Source: Thecamonas trahens ATCC 50062
Lineage: Eukaryota; Protista; Apusomonadida
Assembly (NCBI RefSeq): GCF_000142905.1
Contig: NW_013657660.1
Coordinates: 148,056 to 212,055, forward strand
Length of the DNA: 64,000 nt
Direction of reading: 5' to 3'
In this document: in pieces, positions 42,358 to 52,154 of the stretch
Position numbering within the stretch: the stretch's first letter is position 1
Layout of the letters: every line of letters begins with the position of its first letter
Position numbers and translations under genes: made by a program
Notes under the pieces: generated by a model
Database searches by the model: none
What the model was told of the DNA's origin: nothing
Seen by the model: the letters and a program-made list of their open reading frames with translations, nothing else

Positions 42358-45300
42358 CTACCGGCGAGGTTCACGCTCGAGGGAGAGAGAGTAAAGACCA
42401 TTGTCGTCGAGGCTCGAGGCCTGTGTGACGATGGCACGGATCCATGGGACTTCGTCGTAGGTGAACGGAACTGCCTGGAACCGCTGAACCTGCATGATCA
42501 TCGAGGCCGTCTGGTGGTGCTTGGTAAAGTTGACGACACCGGGCTTGTCCTGATACATGTCTGGGTTGCCATCGTCGATGAAGAACAGGTCCTGCAGGAA
42601 CATGCCGAGGTACGGCAGCGCGGGTGTTGTCCGCGGCAGGCCGAAGAGGATGGAGCGATACTTGGAGTGGTTGAGCCGCGACGACATGACATCCTCGACA
42701 GCGGCGAGGCGGGCTTTGACCTTGGACTTGATCAGCGCCTGGGAGTGGCGGAGCCGGAGGATGGGTGCCGAGTTAAGGGCGGCGATGATGGACATGAGCG
42801 AGTCAAAGTTGTTGCATGCCACGAGCTCGTGCGCAATGTACACAAACTTGGTGATGACTGCCGCCCGATCCTTGGGCTTCTCCCGCTTGAGGATTTCAAG
42901 CTGGACCCAGGCCGAGAGCTCGTTGAACCGTGCGATCATGCGCATGACGTTGGGCGCGCGCGCAACTGTCGCAGACTTGGTCCACACCACGCGGATGAGC
43001 TCGCTTGGCCGGATGCGCTGGAAGAGCGAGAACGAGACCAGTGTCAGCTGCTTGGCCACGTCGACGGCATCAAGCGCGCAGATGTCGCGCTTACGGTACT
43101 TGGCGAGGAGGTCAGGTGTCGGCAAGGTTTCCTTGGCTCGCCGCTCCTCCTCCTTGCGGGTCCGGATCTGGTACGTGGCACGGTCGAGTGCGACAAGGAG
43201 TTGCGACGAGTGCTGCAGAAAGCCGTCGTCGACGAGGGTTGTCGATGCAAACGCCTGAATCTCCGAGAACAGCCGCGGCGCGCGGTCAAAATCGAACGGA
43301 AAGTGCTCGACCCAAAAGCGGAGGACGTAGATGACCCGGGCGCGGACACCGCGGACGTCGACTGAGCCGTCAGTCGGAGCATACAGATAGCGGCCCAGTA
43401 GCTTGGCGAGGAGATGGACCTTGGTGGTGAAACACTTGTAGGTGAGGAAGAAGACCCGCGTGAAGAGGTCCGACACGCCCGACGACAAGGTGAGGAACTC
43501 GACGAGCCGGTTGACTGTTCCGCCAGCAACCCGCTTTTTGGCGTTATAGTACAGTGGCGGCTCCGAGTCGAGCACATCCCAGATGCGTGCGTCGGGCTTG
43601 ATGCTCTCGGTGGCATCCTGGTCGTAGTCGTCGACCGGTGAGACGACGGCAAGCGGGTCAAAGTCGATGGAGAGTCCGCCGCTGAGCCCAACGCCGCTTC
43701 GCTCGTGAATCGGTGAGCCCGACTCATCCGAGCCGGCGTCCGAGCCGGAACCAATCTGCATGCTATCGGCGAGAGCGTCGAGGTCCTCCAGCGACGCGTC
43801 CTTGTTCTTGTCGATGCCGGCGAGCATTTTCTGAAACTTGGCAAACTCGACGGTCGAGTGCTCCGGCTGGAGGACACCGCGCGAGCGGAGGAGGTCGATC
43901 GATGGCCGCCGCTCCAGCAGCGCCGGCAGGAGGCGCCGGGTGTTGGCAATAAGAGCAGAGTGGCCGGCTGAGGGCAAGCCGGAAGGCGCGGCGGCGGCGG
44001 CGACGTTGGCCCCGCGGTCGATGCGCAGGATGTTGCGGTCCTTGAGCTCGTCACGGGTCATCCGCAGCGAGAGCAGCCGCTCCAGACGTGCCGCCGCCCG
44101 CTTTTGCTTGCGGGACGAGATCAGGTCGGCCTGCGAGTCGGCGCCGCCGCTCGACGCCGAGCCGTTCGAGACGTCGTCACGGACGGGCGCGTCCCCGCGG
44201 CCTCTGCCGGGCCCGGTGTCGCGCGACTGTTCCTGGCTGCGCCTGGCGCCGGCCAGATCAGTGAGCGAGCCATGGGCGGCGCGGGCAGAGCCGGCTCCGC
44301 GTCGCGACCCGTTCGCCCGGCGCTTTGAGTTGCGCCACGAGTCGATGGCGGCGGCGCGGCGCTTGCGCTCTTCACGCGCCCGCTCATACTCGGACGTCTC
44401 AGCCTCGAGTTTGGCCTTGGCGGTTTGGAACTTGAGCTGGCGCTCATAGTCTTGCGCGCGAATGGCAGCCATGGCGACGTGGTCCTCGTACGCCGGGTCG
44501 AGGTGCGGATGGCCCACGCGCGCTCTCGCCGCCTCGGGCACCCGGCGCTCGTTCCAGCGAGCCGCCGGCTTCCACCGGACTGCAGGCGACGAGGCCGAGG
44601 CGAGAGCTGCGGCGGCGCGCTCGGCCTCCTCGGCCTGTCGCGCTGCTAGCTCGGCTTGTCGCGAGCGGTAGACCTGGGCAGCCACTCTGCGCTCCATGTG
44701 CTCGATCTGTGCGTCGCGACGGCAACGCTGTTTGGCACGCGCAAGCGCGCGCTTGGTGCGGTCGGAAGCGCGCCGGCCGAGCGACCCGCCGGTCGCCTTC
44801 CGGCCCGAGCCCCTGCGTGAGCTAGCACCGACGCCCGACGCGAGTGCAGCTGACTTGGAGAGCGAGGCTAGAAGATGGGCCGGCGAGGCGGCAGGTCGGT
44901 TGCTCTTGGCGGGCGTCATGTCAAGTCGCAGCTTGGGCGGAGTGTACGGCGCCGGTGGCGGTGGGGTGGCAAGCATGCTGGGATGAACAGGCTGGCCTGT
45001 GGGCGTCTGCTTGTGGCTGCGATGCTTGCGCCGCTTACGGCGGCGTGGCGTGGTGCTGCTCTCTGGGCGATCGCGTCGCGGCGCACGGCGGCGGGACGCG
45101 GTCGGCTTGCGGTCGCGCGGCGACGGCACCAGCTCGGACACCGACTCTACTTCCATGTCCGGCTCTGTTGCGCGGACCTGAGTCTGGCTCTCCAGCACGT
45201 CATCGAGGATGACGGCGTGCGGAGTTGTGGCTTTGGCCGAGGGAGTGGGATGAGTCGTGGACTCAAGACTGGTCTCGGCCTTGGTGGCGACCTCGGTCTC

Positions 45301-46443
45301 GGCCTTGGTGGTGAACTCGGCCTCGGCCTTGGTGGTGTGCTCGGCCTCGGTCTTGGTGGTGTGCTCGGCCTCGGTCTTGGTGAGGGCCGCGGTCTCGGCT
45401 CTGGCGGCGGCCTCGGCCTCGGTCTCGACGACAGGCTCAGCCTTGGACTCAACCTCGACGACGGGCTCAGCCTTGGACTCAACCTCGACAACGGGCTCAG
45501 CCTTGGACTCAACCTCGACAACGGGCTCAGCCTTGGACTCAACCTCGACGACGGGCTCAGCCTCGGCCTCAACCTCAACAGCGGGCTCAGCCTCATCCTC
45601 AACCTCGACAACGGGCTCAGCCTCATCCTCGACCTCAACGACGGGCTCATCCTCATCCTCGACCTCAACGACGGGCTCATCCTCATCCTCAACCTCGACA
45701 ACGGGCTCAGCCTCATCCTCAACAACGGGCTCAGCCTCATCCTCAACAACGGGTTCGGGACCGAGCTCGGCATTGGTCACAGCCTCAGCCTCCCCCTCCC
45801 CCCCATCAATGCCACCCTCGCCTCCACTCTCGCCCTCAGAGTCTCCACCACCGCCAACAACACCATCGTCCAACAAAAACGCATCCTCAGCTTCCGCATC
45901 GTCCATGACAGCCACTGGCTCAACATCAGCAACCTCGTAGTCGTCCTCGGTGACCACAGTAATCTCCGAGGCATCAAAGTCAAACGACGAAACGTCGACA
46001 GGCGGCTCACCGTCGCCATCGCCATCATCGTCGTCACTTTCATCACTGCCATCGTCGTCGTCGCTCGACGATGCGCGGAGCAGGGCGTCGTCATCGTCGC
46101 CGGCCAGTAAGTTGTTGAGGCTGTTGTCGGAACCACCAACGAGTGCGGACATGCCGTCCGAGAGCTGGACCGACGAGCCGACCGAGCCGTCAACCTCGTC
46201 AGACTCGGCGAGCAGGGCGTCCAGCTCCGGATTCTTCGCCTCGTCGCCCTCGCCCGACGAGAGCCCCAGGTCCAGCACCTCGTCGTCGTCGCTCAGCTCC
46301 AGCTCGCCCAGCCCGAGTCCGTCGTCGTGGTCGTCGTCGCCGAGGCCGAGCTCGAGCTCGTCGTCGTCGGACAGCTCCAACCCCAGCCCCAGCTCCAGCT
46401 CCAACTCGTCGCTGTCAGACAGCAGCAGCTCGTCGTCGGACAT
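42358..46443 (-). CDS. Ras guanine-nucleotide exchange factor (REM + CDC25) with two RPEL-like motifs and an acidic repetitive N-terminus
   Basis: GGTVNRLVEFL, FFLTYKCFTT, VAKQLTL, NNFDSLMSIIAALNS, PYLGMFLQDLFFIDDGNPD and NFTK. Confidence 0.93.
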   Translation of the reverse strand: MSDDELLLSDSDELELELGLGLELSDDDELELGLGDDDHDDGLGLGELELSDDDEVLDLGLSSGEGDEAKNPELDALLAESDEVDGSVGSSVQLSDGMSALVGGSDNSLNNLLAGDDDDALLRASSSDDDDGSDESDDDDGDGDGEPPVDVSSFDFDASEITVVTEDDYEVADVEPVAVMDDAEAEDAFLLDDGVVGGGGDSEGESGGEGGIDGGEGEAEAVTNAELGPEPVVEDEAEPVVEDEAEPVVEVEDEDEPVVEVEDEDEPVVEVEDEAEPVVEVEDEAEPAVEVEAEAEPVVEVESKAEPVVEVESKAEPVVEVESKAEPVVEVESKAEPVVETEAEAAARAETAALTKTEAEHTTKTEAEHTTKAEAEFTTKAETEVATKAETSLESTTHPTPSAKATTPHAVILDDVLESQTQVRATEPDMEVESVSELVPSPRDRKPTASRRRAPRRDRPESSTTPRRRKRRKHRSHKQTPTGQPVHPSMLATPPPPAPYTPPKLRLDMTPAKSNRPAASPAHLLASLSKSAALASGVGASSRRGSGRKATGGSLGRRASDRTKRALARAKQRCRRDAQIEHMERRVAAQVYRSRQAELAARQAEEAERAAAALASASSPAVRWKPAARWNERRVPEAARARVGHPHLDPAYEDHVAMAAIRAQDYERQLKFQTAKAKLEAETSEYERAREERKRRAAAIDSWRNSKRRANGSRRGAGSARAAHGSLTDLAGARRSQEQSRDTGPGRGRGDAPVRDDVSNGSASSGGADSQADLISSRKQKRAAARLERLLSLRMTRDELKDRNILRIDRGANVAAAAAPSGLPSAGHSALIANTRRLLPALLERRPSIDLLRSRGVLQPEHSTVEFAKFQKMLAGIDKNKDASLEDLDALADSMQIGSGSDAGSDESGSPIHERSGVGLSGGLSIDFDPLAVVSPVDDYDQDATESIKPDARIWDVLDSEPPLYYNAKKRVAGGTVNRLVEFLTLSSGVSDLFTRVFFLTYKCFTTKVHLLAKLLGRYLYAPTDGSVDVRGVRARVIYVLRFWVEHFPFDFDRAPRLFSEIQAFASTTLVDDGFLQHSSQLLVALDRATYQIRTRKEEERRAKETLPTPDLLAKYRKRDICALDAVDVAKQLTLVSFSLFQRIRPSELIRVVWTKSATVARAPNVMRMIARFNELSAWVQLEILKREKPKDRAAVITKFVYIAHELVACNNFDSLMSIIAALNSAPILRLRHSQALIKSKVKARLAAVEDVMSSRLNHSKYRSILFGLPRTTPALPYLGMFLQDLFFIDDGNPDMYQDKPGVVNFTKHHQTASMIMQVQRFQAVPFTYDEVPWIRAIVTQASSLDDNGLYSLSLEREPRR
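45270..45755 (-). repeat. Coding minisatellites in the RasGEF: 30-bp units (EPVVEVEDEA/EPVVEVESKA) and 24-bp units (TKTEAEHT)
   Basis: Read directly from the sequence and the translation. Confidence 0.9.
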
Positions 46444-46961
46444 GTCTCCTCGACCTGCTGTCTTCCCGCGACTGTGAGCAGCCAGTGCAGTGTGTCGTCG
46501 TCGCCGTCGCCGTCGTCGTCGTCGTCAGACGCAAACACCAATGTCTGCCAACGTCCGCCACCCGTCACCCGCCATCCGCCAACCGCTTGATCGCGATCAC
46601 AGCCCTGCGAGCCACCCTCCACCACGCCAACCACACCCACACAACCTCGTCCACACCCACACCTATCTCACCCGCCCGTCACACCCGTCCTCCACACTCC
46701 ACACAACACCCCACCACCACCCACCGCTCGCACCCAGTCGCCCACCATGCCGTACGTCATATGCCTACCCCTCCACTCCATCCCGCCGCTCCCACGTCGC
46801 CGGGTGCCGAAAAAGGTCGTGAATTGGTTTTTGGGCTGGCGGTAGATTCCCGGACCGAGTCGTCATCGTAGCCGACGGCGCAGGCACAGCGTTGCAGGCG
46901 TCGCAAAGCGGGGACCGCCAGAGGCACGCACTCGACACCCATACTCACAACCGCACGGGGC

Positions 46962-49900
46962 ATGTCCAGACGCCGGTCGCGCCGCACGTCGACGGCTGCT
47001 TCGGCCGCGTCGCCGGTACCCATGGCGGTGGAGAAGGAGAACGTGGCCAACGCGCGCTCGGCATCGCCCTCGCCCTCGCCCGCGCCGGCCAAGGCAGCGT
47101 CCGCGGGCGAAGACCAGCTCCCGCCGGAGCTCGAAGGCATGTCGCTCATATTTACCGGTCTGGTCGACAAGAAGACCAAGGTCGTGGATCTTGTGGCGTC
47201 GTGGATGGAGACGTTTGACGAGTCGGCCGACGACGGCCTCGCCGCGCTCGTCAACTTTGTCCTCCACTGCACCGGCTCGACGATCCTGCTCTCAACAACG
47301 CAGGTCCTCACCGAGGACCTCGACCCGCTGCTTGCCGCCATCGTCAAGGAGTTTACCCATCCGACGTACCCGCTCGTCAACCCCGATCTGAAGAAAAAGG
47401 TCAAGTTCGGCCCGCGGCTCGAGGCCTTTTGGGCCGAGCTCATCAACCTCGCCGCCAACTCGCTTCTCCCGGCCGAGGATGTTTTCGCCACCCTCCTCCG
47501 CTGGATTACCGCCATGTCCTCGTGCACCGTCCGCGCCTTCCGCCACACCGCCACCATCACTGCCTACGCCATCATGGCGCCGCTGATGGGCGTGGCCCAG
47601 GCCGGTCTCCGCCAGCTCTCGCTTGCCGAGCGGCAGATGCTCACCTTTGCCAAACAAGCCACTGCTGCCGGGTCCGACGGCGACGACGACGACGACGATG
47701 ATGATGACGATGACTCGCCGACGCCCATGGACGAAGAGTCCGCCGTCGGAAAGCGCCGGTCGTCACGCGGCTCGCGCAACATGGCCTCGCGCATTGACAT
47801 GCTCAAGAACCGCATCGCGACCCTCAAGATCAACGTCGCTCGCGCCGAGTCCTTCCTCAAGTCGCTCTTCTCCACCATCTTTGTCCACCGCTACCGCGAC
47901 TCGGTCGGCCTCCTCCGCGCCAAGTCAATCGCCGCTCTCGGCGAGTGGATTGCCGGCTACCCCAAGATCTTCCTCGAGCCGTCGTACCTCAAGTACCTCG
48001 GGTGGACGCTGTCGGACAAGGACGCCAACGTGCGGCTGGCCGCGCTCAAGGCGCTCCGCGGCCTCTATGACGATTCCAACGCCATCACTGCCCTCTCGTC
48101 GTTCACAGAGCGCTTCCGCGGACGCATCCTTGAGATGGCCAAGGACTCGTCGGTCAACGTTGCCGTCGAAGCCCTCGGCACGCTGTCCGCGCTCCTCGAG
48201 ACCTCGATGCTCGAGCAGTCGGACATCGACGCCGTCTACTTTTACATCTCGGTTGAGAACCGCAAGATCCGCACCGAGGCCGCGCACTTTGTCCGCAAGC
48301 ACCTCTTTGACATCATCATCGCCTCGCAGCTTCTGCCCGGCCAGTCGGACGACGAAGTCGACAAGGCCCGCGTCCGCGGTTTTGTCCAGTTTGTCCTCAA
48401 CTTTAGCTACCAGGCGCAGAACCCGGTCTACATTGTTGACGCCCTCTTCAAGCACGCCCCGTGCCTCACCGCCTGGCCCGTCATGCTCGACCTACTCCAG
48501 GAAGAGCCGGCGTCGAACGTCGACCCGGGCACCCACGCCGCCGAGCAGGACCTCCTCGTCCGCGTCCTCGCAGCCTGCGCCCGCCTCGCCACCGGCGGCT
48601 CGGTCATTCCCAACGAGCCGGCGCATGTGTCGGCCTCGGCCGCCGCCGCCGCCGCCGCCGCCATCCGCACCACCTTTCTCCCGCGCATGACCGATCTCTT
48701 TGCGCTCTTTGCCGGCAAGCCGCCGCAGCTGGCCCTCCTTCTCGAGCTCGTCGAGGTCATGGACCTCTCCGATGTCGCTGCCGACGACTCGCTCCGCGAC
48801 GCCTTTGACGCCTGCCTCGCCGCCGCCCACAAGCTCCTCTTTGCCTCGGCCGAGCCTGAGGTCTTTGCCCAGGTCGCCGGCCTCTACGGCACCCTCCTCG
48901 CCGCCGCCCCACAACTGACGACCAAGGTCGAGAACGCGCTCGCTCAGGACCTGTACGCCATGGTTGAGTCCGTCGACAACGCCCGCGCCGGCGGAAGCAT
49001 GCCCGATCCGGCCTCGGCCGCCGGCCGTGACAATCTGCGCACCCTAGCCCTCGCCCTCCAACGTGCCGCCGCCTTTGCCACCGCCCACGACCTCTCGCTC
49101 CACGACGCCGCGCCCCTCGTCGACGCCGCCGCCGCCTTTATCGACGTCGCCGTCGCCGCCCTCGCCGCCGCCGCCGATCCGGCATCCGTCGCCGACTGCT
49201 ACTCGCCGGCCGCCCTCGACGCCGCCCTCCGCATTCTCTTTGGTCACGCCGCCTGGGCCCGTGCCCGCGTCGAGGAGCCGCTCGTTGCGCTCGCCGCCAA
49301 AGAGAGCGCCGGCGAGACCGTGCCCGAGGAATCGATCCTCGGCGTCAAGACCGAGGTGGCTGCAGTGCTCGAGGCCTACGCCGGCCTTGTCCGCGCCGTC
49401 GAGAGCCTCCTCCTCCCGTCAGCCGCCGTCAAGCTCGGGCCGACCGACTACCTACCGACGCTCTGCACAGCCGTCGGCGTGGCGGTCGATGCCGCGCTCC
49501 TCTTTGCGCCGCGCCTCGGCGAGACAGCGCTCGCGCCGCTCGCCACCCCGCTGTCGACCCCGCTGCAGGCCGACATGGTGTCGTTCATGGAGCAGCTGTT
49601 TGAGGCGTACGAGAACGCGTACGCCGACGAGTCGGTGCCCGATGACGTCCTCGGCGCCGTCTACGACGCAACCGACGCCACCCTTGGTGCTCTTGTCCGT
49701 GGCTTTGCCTTTGGTGGCCTCGACACGGCCTACGCCGCCCACCTCGTCACCCACTACCAGGAGCACGATCGGCTCTTTGCGCCCGTCATCGGCGGCATGG
49801 TCAAGCGCATGGTTACGCGTCTCTCCGCCGCCGTCGCCGAGCCGCTCATCGAGGCCCTCAAGTTCAAGCTGGCCGACGCCGAGGAGCACGCCAAGCTCCT

Positions 49901-50666
49901 GCCCAAGGGTCAGACCCGCCGCCTCACCGCATCTGACTCCCTCCGCGCCCCGATCCGCCGTCTCGCCACCAAGCTCGCCGCAGACACCAAGGACGCTATC
50001 CTCGTTGTCCAGCAGATCTTTGCCCTCGGCATCCCGGCCGCGCTCGCCGACGCGCCCACCAACTTTGCCCTCTTGGACGGTCTCGCCTCCTTTTCCTCGC
50101 GCCTCAACGCCGACCAAAAGGCTGAGGTCCTCAAGTTCCTCGAGGCCAACTTTAAGGCGCTCGAGAAAAACCTCATTTTCGCCAAGGAGGACATCGACAT
50201 GTACAACAAGCTCCGTGCCAAGCTCGGCGCCTCGGTTCCGCCGCCCGCAAAGCCTGCGTCGGCCAAGGCCAAGGCCAAGAAGAGCAACAAGACCAAGCGC
50301 TCGTCGCGCAAGGCCTCGCACGGGAAGATCACCATCGCCTCACTGACAGAAGACCACACTTCGGTCGTCCCCGTCCTAGGCGCGAAGCGCAAGTCCAAGC
50401 GTGCCCGCAAGTCGTCCAACCTCTCGAGCGACCTCCTCGTCACCCCGCCGTCCAAGGCCCGCAAGAACTCGGCTCGCACCTCGCCGTCATCCACCACCGC
50501 CCCGCTCACCCTTGAGGCCCTCGACGCGCCTTCGCCTACACCACCTGTCGGCGACCCTGCCGGCGGCGTCGGCCTCCCGCCAGCCGACGACGACATTGTC
50601 GACGACCACGCCGACGAGGACTTTGCCGCTCCGCGTCGTCGTCGCGCCCGCCGCTCGCTCCTCTGA
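46962..50666 (+). CDS. SCC3: Cohesin subunit SA/STAG (Scc3)
   Basis: RAFRHTAT, FVHRYRD, YLKYLGWTLSDK and FTERFRGRILEMA (STAG and SCD domains). Confidence 0.92.
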   Translation: MSRRRSRRTSTAASAASPVPMAVEKENVANARSASPSPSPAPAKAASAGEDQLPPELEGMSLIFTGLVDKKTKVVDLVASWMETFDESADDGLAALVNFVLHCTGSTILLSTTQVLTEDLDPLLAAIVKEFTHPTYPLVNPDLKKKVKFGPRLEAFWAELINLAANSLLPAEDVFATLLRWITAMSSCTVRAFRHTATITAYAIMAPLMGVAQAGLRQLSLAERQMLTFAKQATAAGSDGDDDDDDDDDDDSPTPMDEESAVGKRRSSRGSRNMASRIDMLKNRIATLKINVARAESFLKSLFSTIFVHRYRDSVGLLRAKSIAALGEWIAGYPKIFLEPSYLKYLGWTLSDKDANVRLAALKALRGLYDDSNAITALSSFTERFRGRILEMAKDSSVNVAVEALGTLSALLETSMLEQSDIDAVYFYISVENRKIRTEAAHFVRKHLFDIIIASQLLPGQSDDEVDKARVRGFVQFVLNFSYQAQNPVYIVDALFKHAPCLTAWPVMLDLLQEEPASNVDPGTHAAEQDLLVRVLAACARLATGGSVIPNEPAHVSASAAAAAAAAIRTTFLPRMTDLFALFAGKPPQLALLLELVEVMDLSDVAADDSLRDAFDACLAAAHKLLFASAEPEVFAQVAGLYGTLLAAAPQLTTKVENALAQDLYAMVESVDNARAGGSMPDPASAAGRDNLRTLALALQRAAAFATAHDLSLHDAAPLVDAAAAFIDVAVAALAAAADPASVADCYSPAALDAALRILFGHAAWARARVEEPLVALAAKESAGETVPEESILGVKTEVAAVLEAYAGLVRAVESLLLPSAAVKLGPTDYLPTLCTAVGVAVDAALLFAPRLGETALAPLATPLSTPLQADMVSFMEQLFEAYENAYADESVPDDVLGAVYDATDATLGALVRGFAFGGLDTAYAAHLVTHYQEHDRLFAPVIGGMVKRMVTRLSAAVAEPLIEALKFKLADAEEHAKLLPKGQTRRLTASDSLRAPIRRLATKLAADTKDAILVVQQIFALGIPAALADAPTNFALLDGLASFSSRLNADQKAEVLKFLEANFKALEKNLIFAKEDIDMYNKLRAKLGASVPPPAKPASAKAKAKKSNKTKRSSRKASHGKITIASLTEDHTSVVPVLGAKRKSKRARKSSNLSSDLLVTPPSKARKNSARTSPSSTTAPLTLEALDAPSPTPPVGDPAGGVGLPPADDDIVDDHADEDFAAPRRRRARRSLL

Positions 50667-50707
50667 ACCGACTGCCCACCACCTGCGCTACCCCATGTAA
50701 ACTGTTC

Positions 50708-51730
50708 TCATCGTGGCACTTTGGTTATCATCGCCAGCTCCTCGGCCGAGAGCGACGACGACGACCGCCCGGCCACCTTGATCCGTCCGCGTGGTCGCTC
50801 GCGGGTGGAGGAGGGGAGCACAGCCGGAGGCGGCGCAGCTCGCGACGGCGCAGCTGGGGCGGGTGCAGCCGGCGCCGGTTGTGTTGGCGACGGCGCAGCT
50901 TGTGGCGGCGCTGCCGGCGGCGGATTAATACCAAGCAGCGCAAGCGTCTCGGCTGCAGTCAGCCGCTCGGCGGGATCTAGGGTGAGCAGGCCGGCGACGA
51001 GTGCGCGGAGGGTCTCAGCATCAGCCTGGCTCGCGCCCGGCGCGGCGCAAAAGTCCGGCAGCCCGCGAAGCAGCGCGCCTGTCGCAACATCAAAGTCCGG
51101 CAGGCAGCCGAGGGCAAGCTGATAAAGTACGACGCCAAGTGACCACATGTCATCGGCCGGCGAGGGCGGGTAGCCGGCGGTGGCGTGCGGCGAGGCATAC
51201 GCCGGCGAGCCGGCAAAGCCAGCCACGTCGGCGCCTGCATCGGCGCGCGCGGCGCGGACCGGCGAAGACACGCCATAGTCAGCAAGGATCATGGTGCCAT
51301 CGGCATCCACCAGCACATTGGCCGGCTTGACGTCGCCGTGGACAATCGGCTCCGACCACCATCCGGACTCCTGGGCCGCGTGCAGAGCAGCGAGCGCCGA
51401 GCCGACGGCGGACGCAGCAGCGAGCGCAGATGCCGCCGATGAAGCAGCGGCGTCGAGCGAGCCGCCGGGAAGGTAGCGGTATACCAGAGCGAGGCCCGGG
51501 CCGGCCGGATTGCGCACAGCACCGGCGCACGGCAGCAGATGCGGCGAGTACGCATCGGCGCAGGCAAAGAGCTCGGCCTCGGCTGCCGCCGCAGCCCCAG
51601 CCGCAGGCGCCCACGACGTCTTGAGCACCAGCTCTGCGCCACTGCCCTTGTCAACAACTCGGAGTGTGGCCGCATGCGGCCGTAGAACCAGCCGCTCAAC
51701 CACCCGCAGTGCCGCTACATCGAGTTCCAT
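50708..51730 (-). CDS. Divergent Ser/Thr protein kinase
   Basis: LVLK, HGDVKPANVL, DYG, GSPAYASP and DMWSLGV; no clear Gly-rich loop. Confidence 0.8.
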   Translation of the reverse strand: MELDVAALRVVERLVLRPHAATLRVVDKGSGAELVLKTSWAPAAGAAAAAEAELFACADAYSPHLLPCAGAVRNPAGPGLALVYRYLPGGSLDAAASSAASALAAASAVGSALAALHAAQESGWWSEPIVHGDVKPANVLVDADGTMILADYGVSSPVRAARADAGADVAGFAGSPAYASPHATAGYPPSPADDMWSLGVVLYQLALGCLPDFDVATGALLRGLPDFCAAPGASQADAETLRALVAGLLTLDPAERLTAAETLALLGINPPPAAPPQAAPSPTQPAPAAPAPAAPSRAAPPPAVLPSSTRERPRGRIKVAGRSSSSLSAEELAMITKVPR

Positions 51731-52154
51731 GCAGCAACCCACCGCAGGCCGCGACAGCGTGAGCTGCCTCCGCCCGTCGCCCGCCACCCGCCGCTCGCCC
51801 AAACCGGGCTGTCGCACCGCCGCCAAAAACCGCCCCAGCTGGCGGCGGCGGCGACGACGACGACCTAGACACTGCGGACCTGGTGGTGCTTCCGGTCGCC
51901 GCCGACACTGACGATGATGGAGACTCGGTCAACGTGCCAGACGCCGACAAGCAATTGCTGCGTCGCTCACGGGCCTGGATGGGAGCGCCGACTCGGATGA
52001 CGACGATGCAGAGGCATCTTCTGCTGATCAAGATGACGAGGTCATAGCCCTTCTCGCCGGCCTCGCAGACAACGGCAACAACAAAGAGCCGGCAGGCACC
52101 CTCGACGCTGACGCCATCATCAACAAATGCGACGATTGGTAAAGTCGAGTTTAC

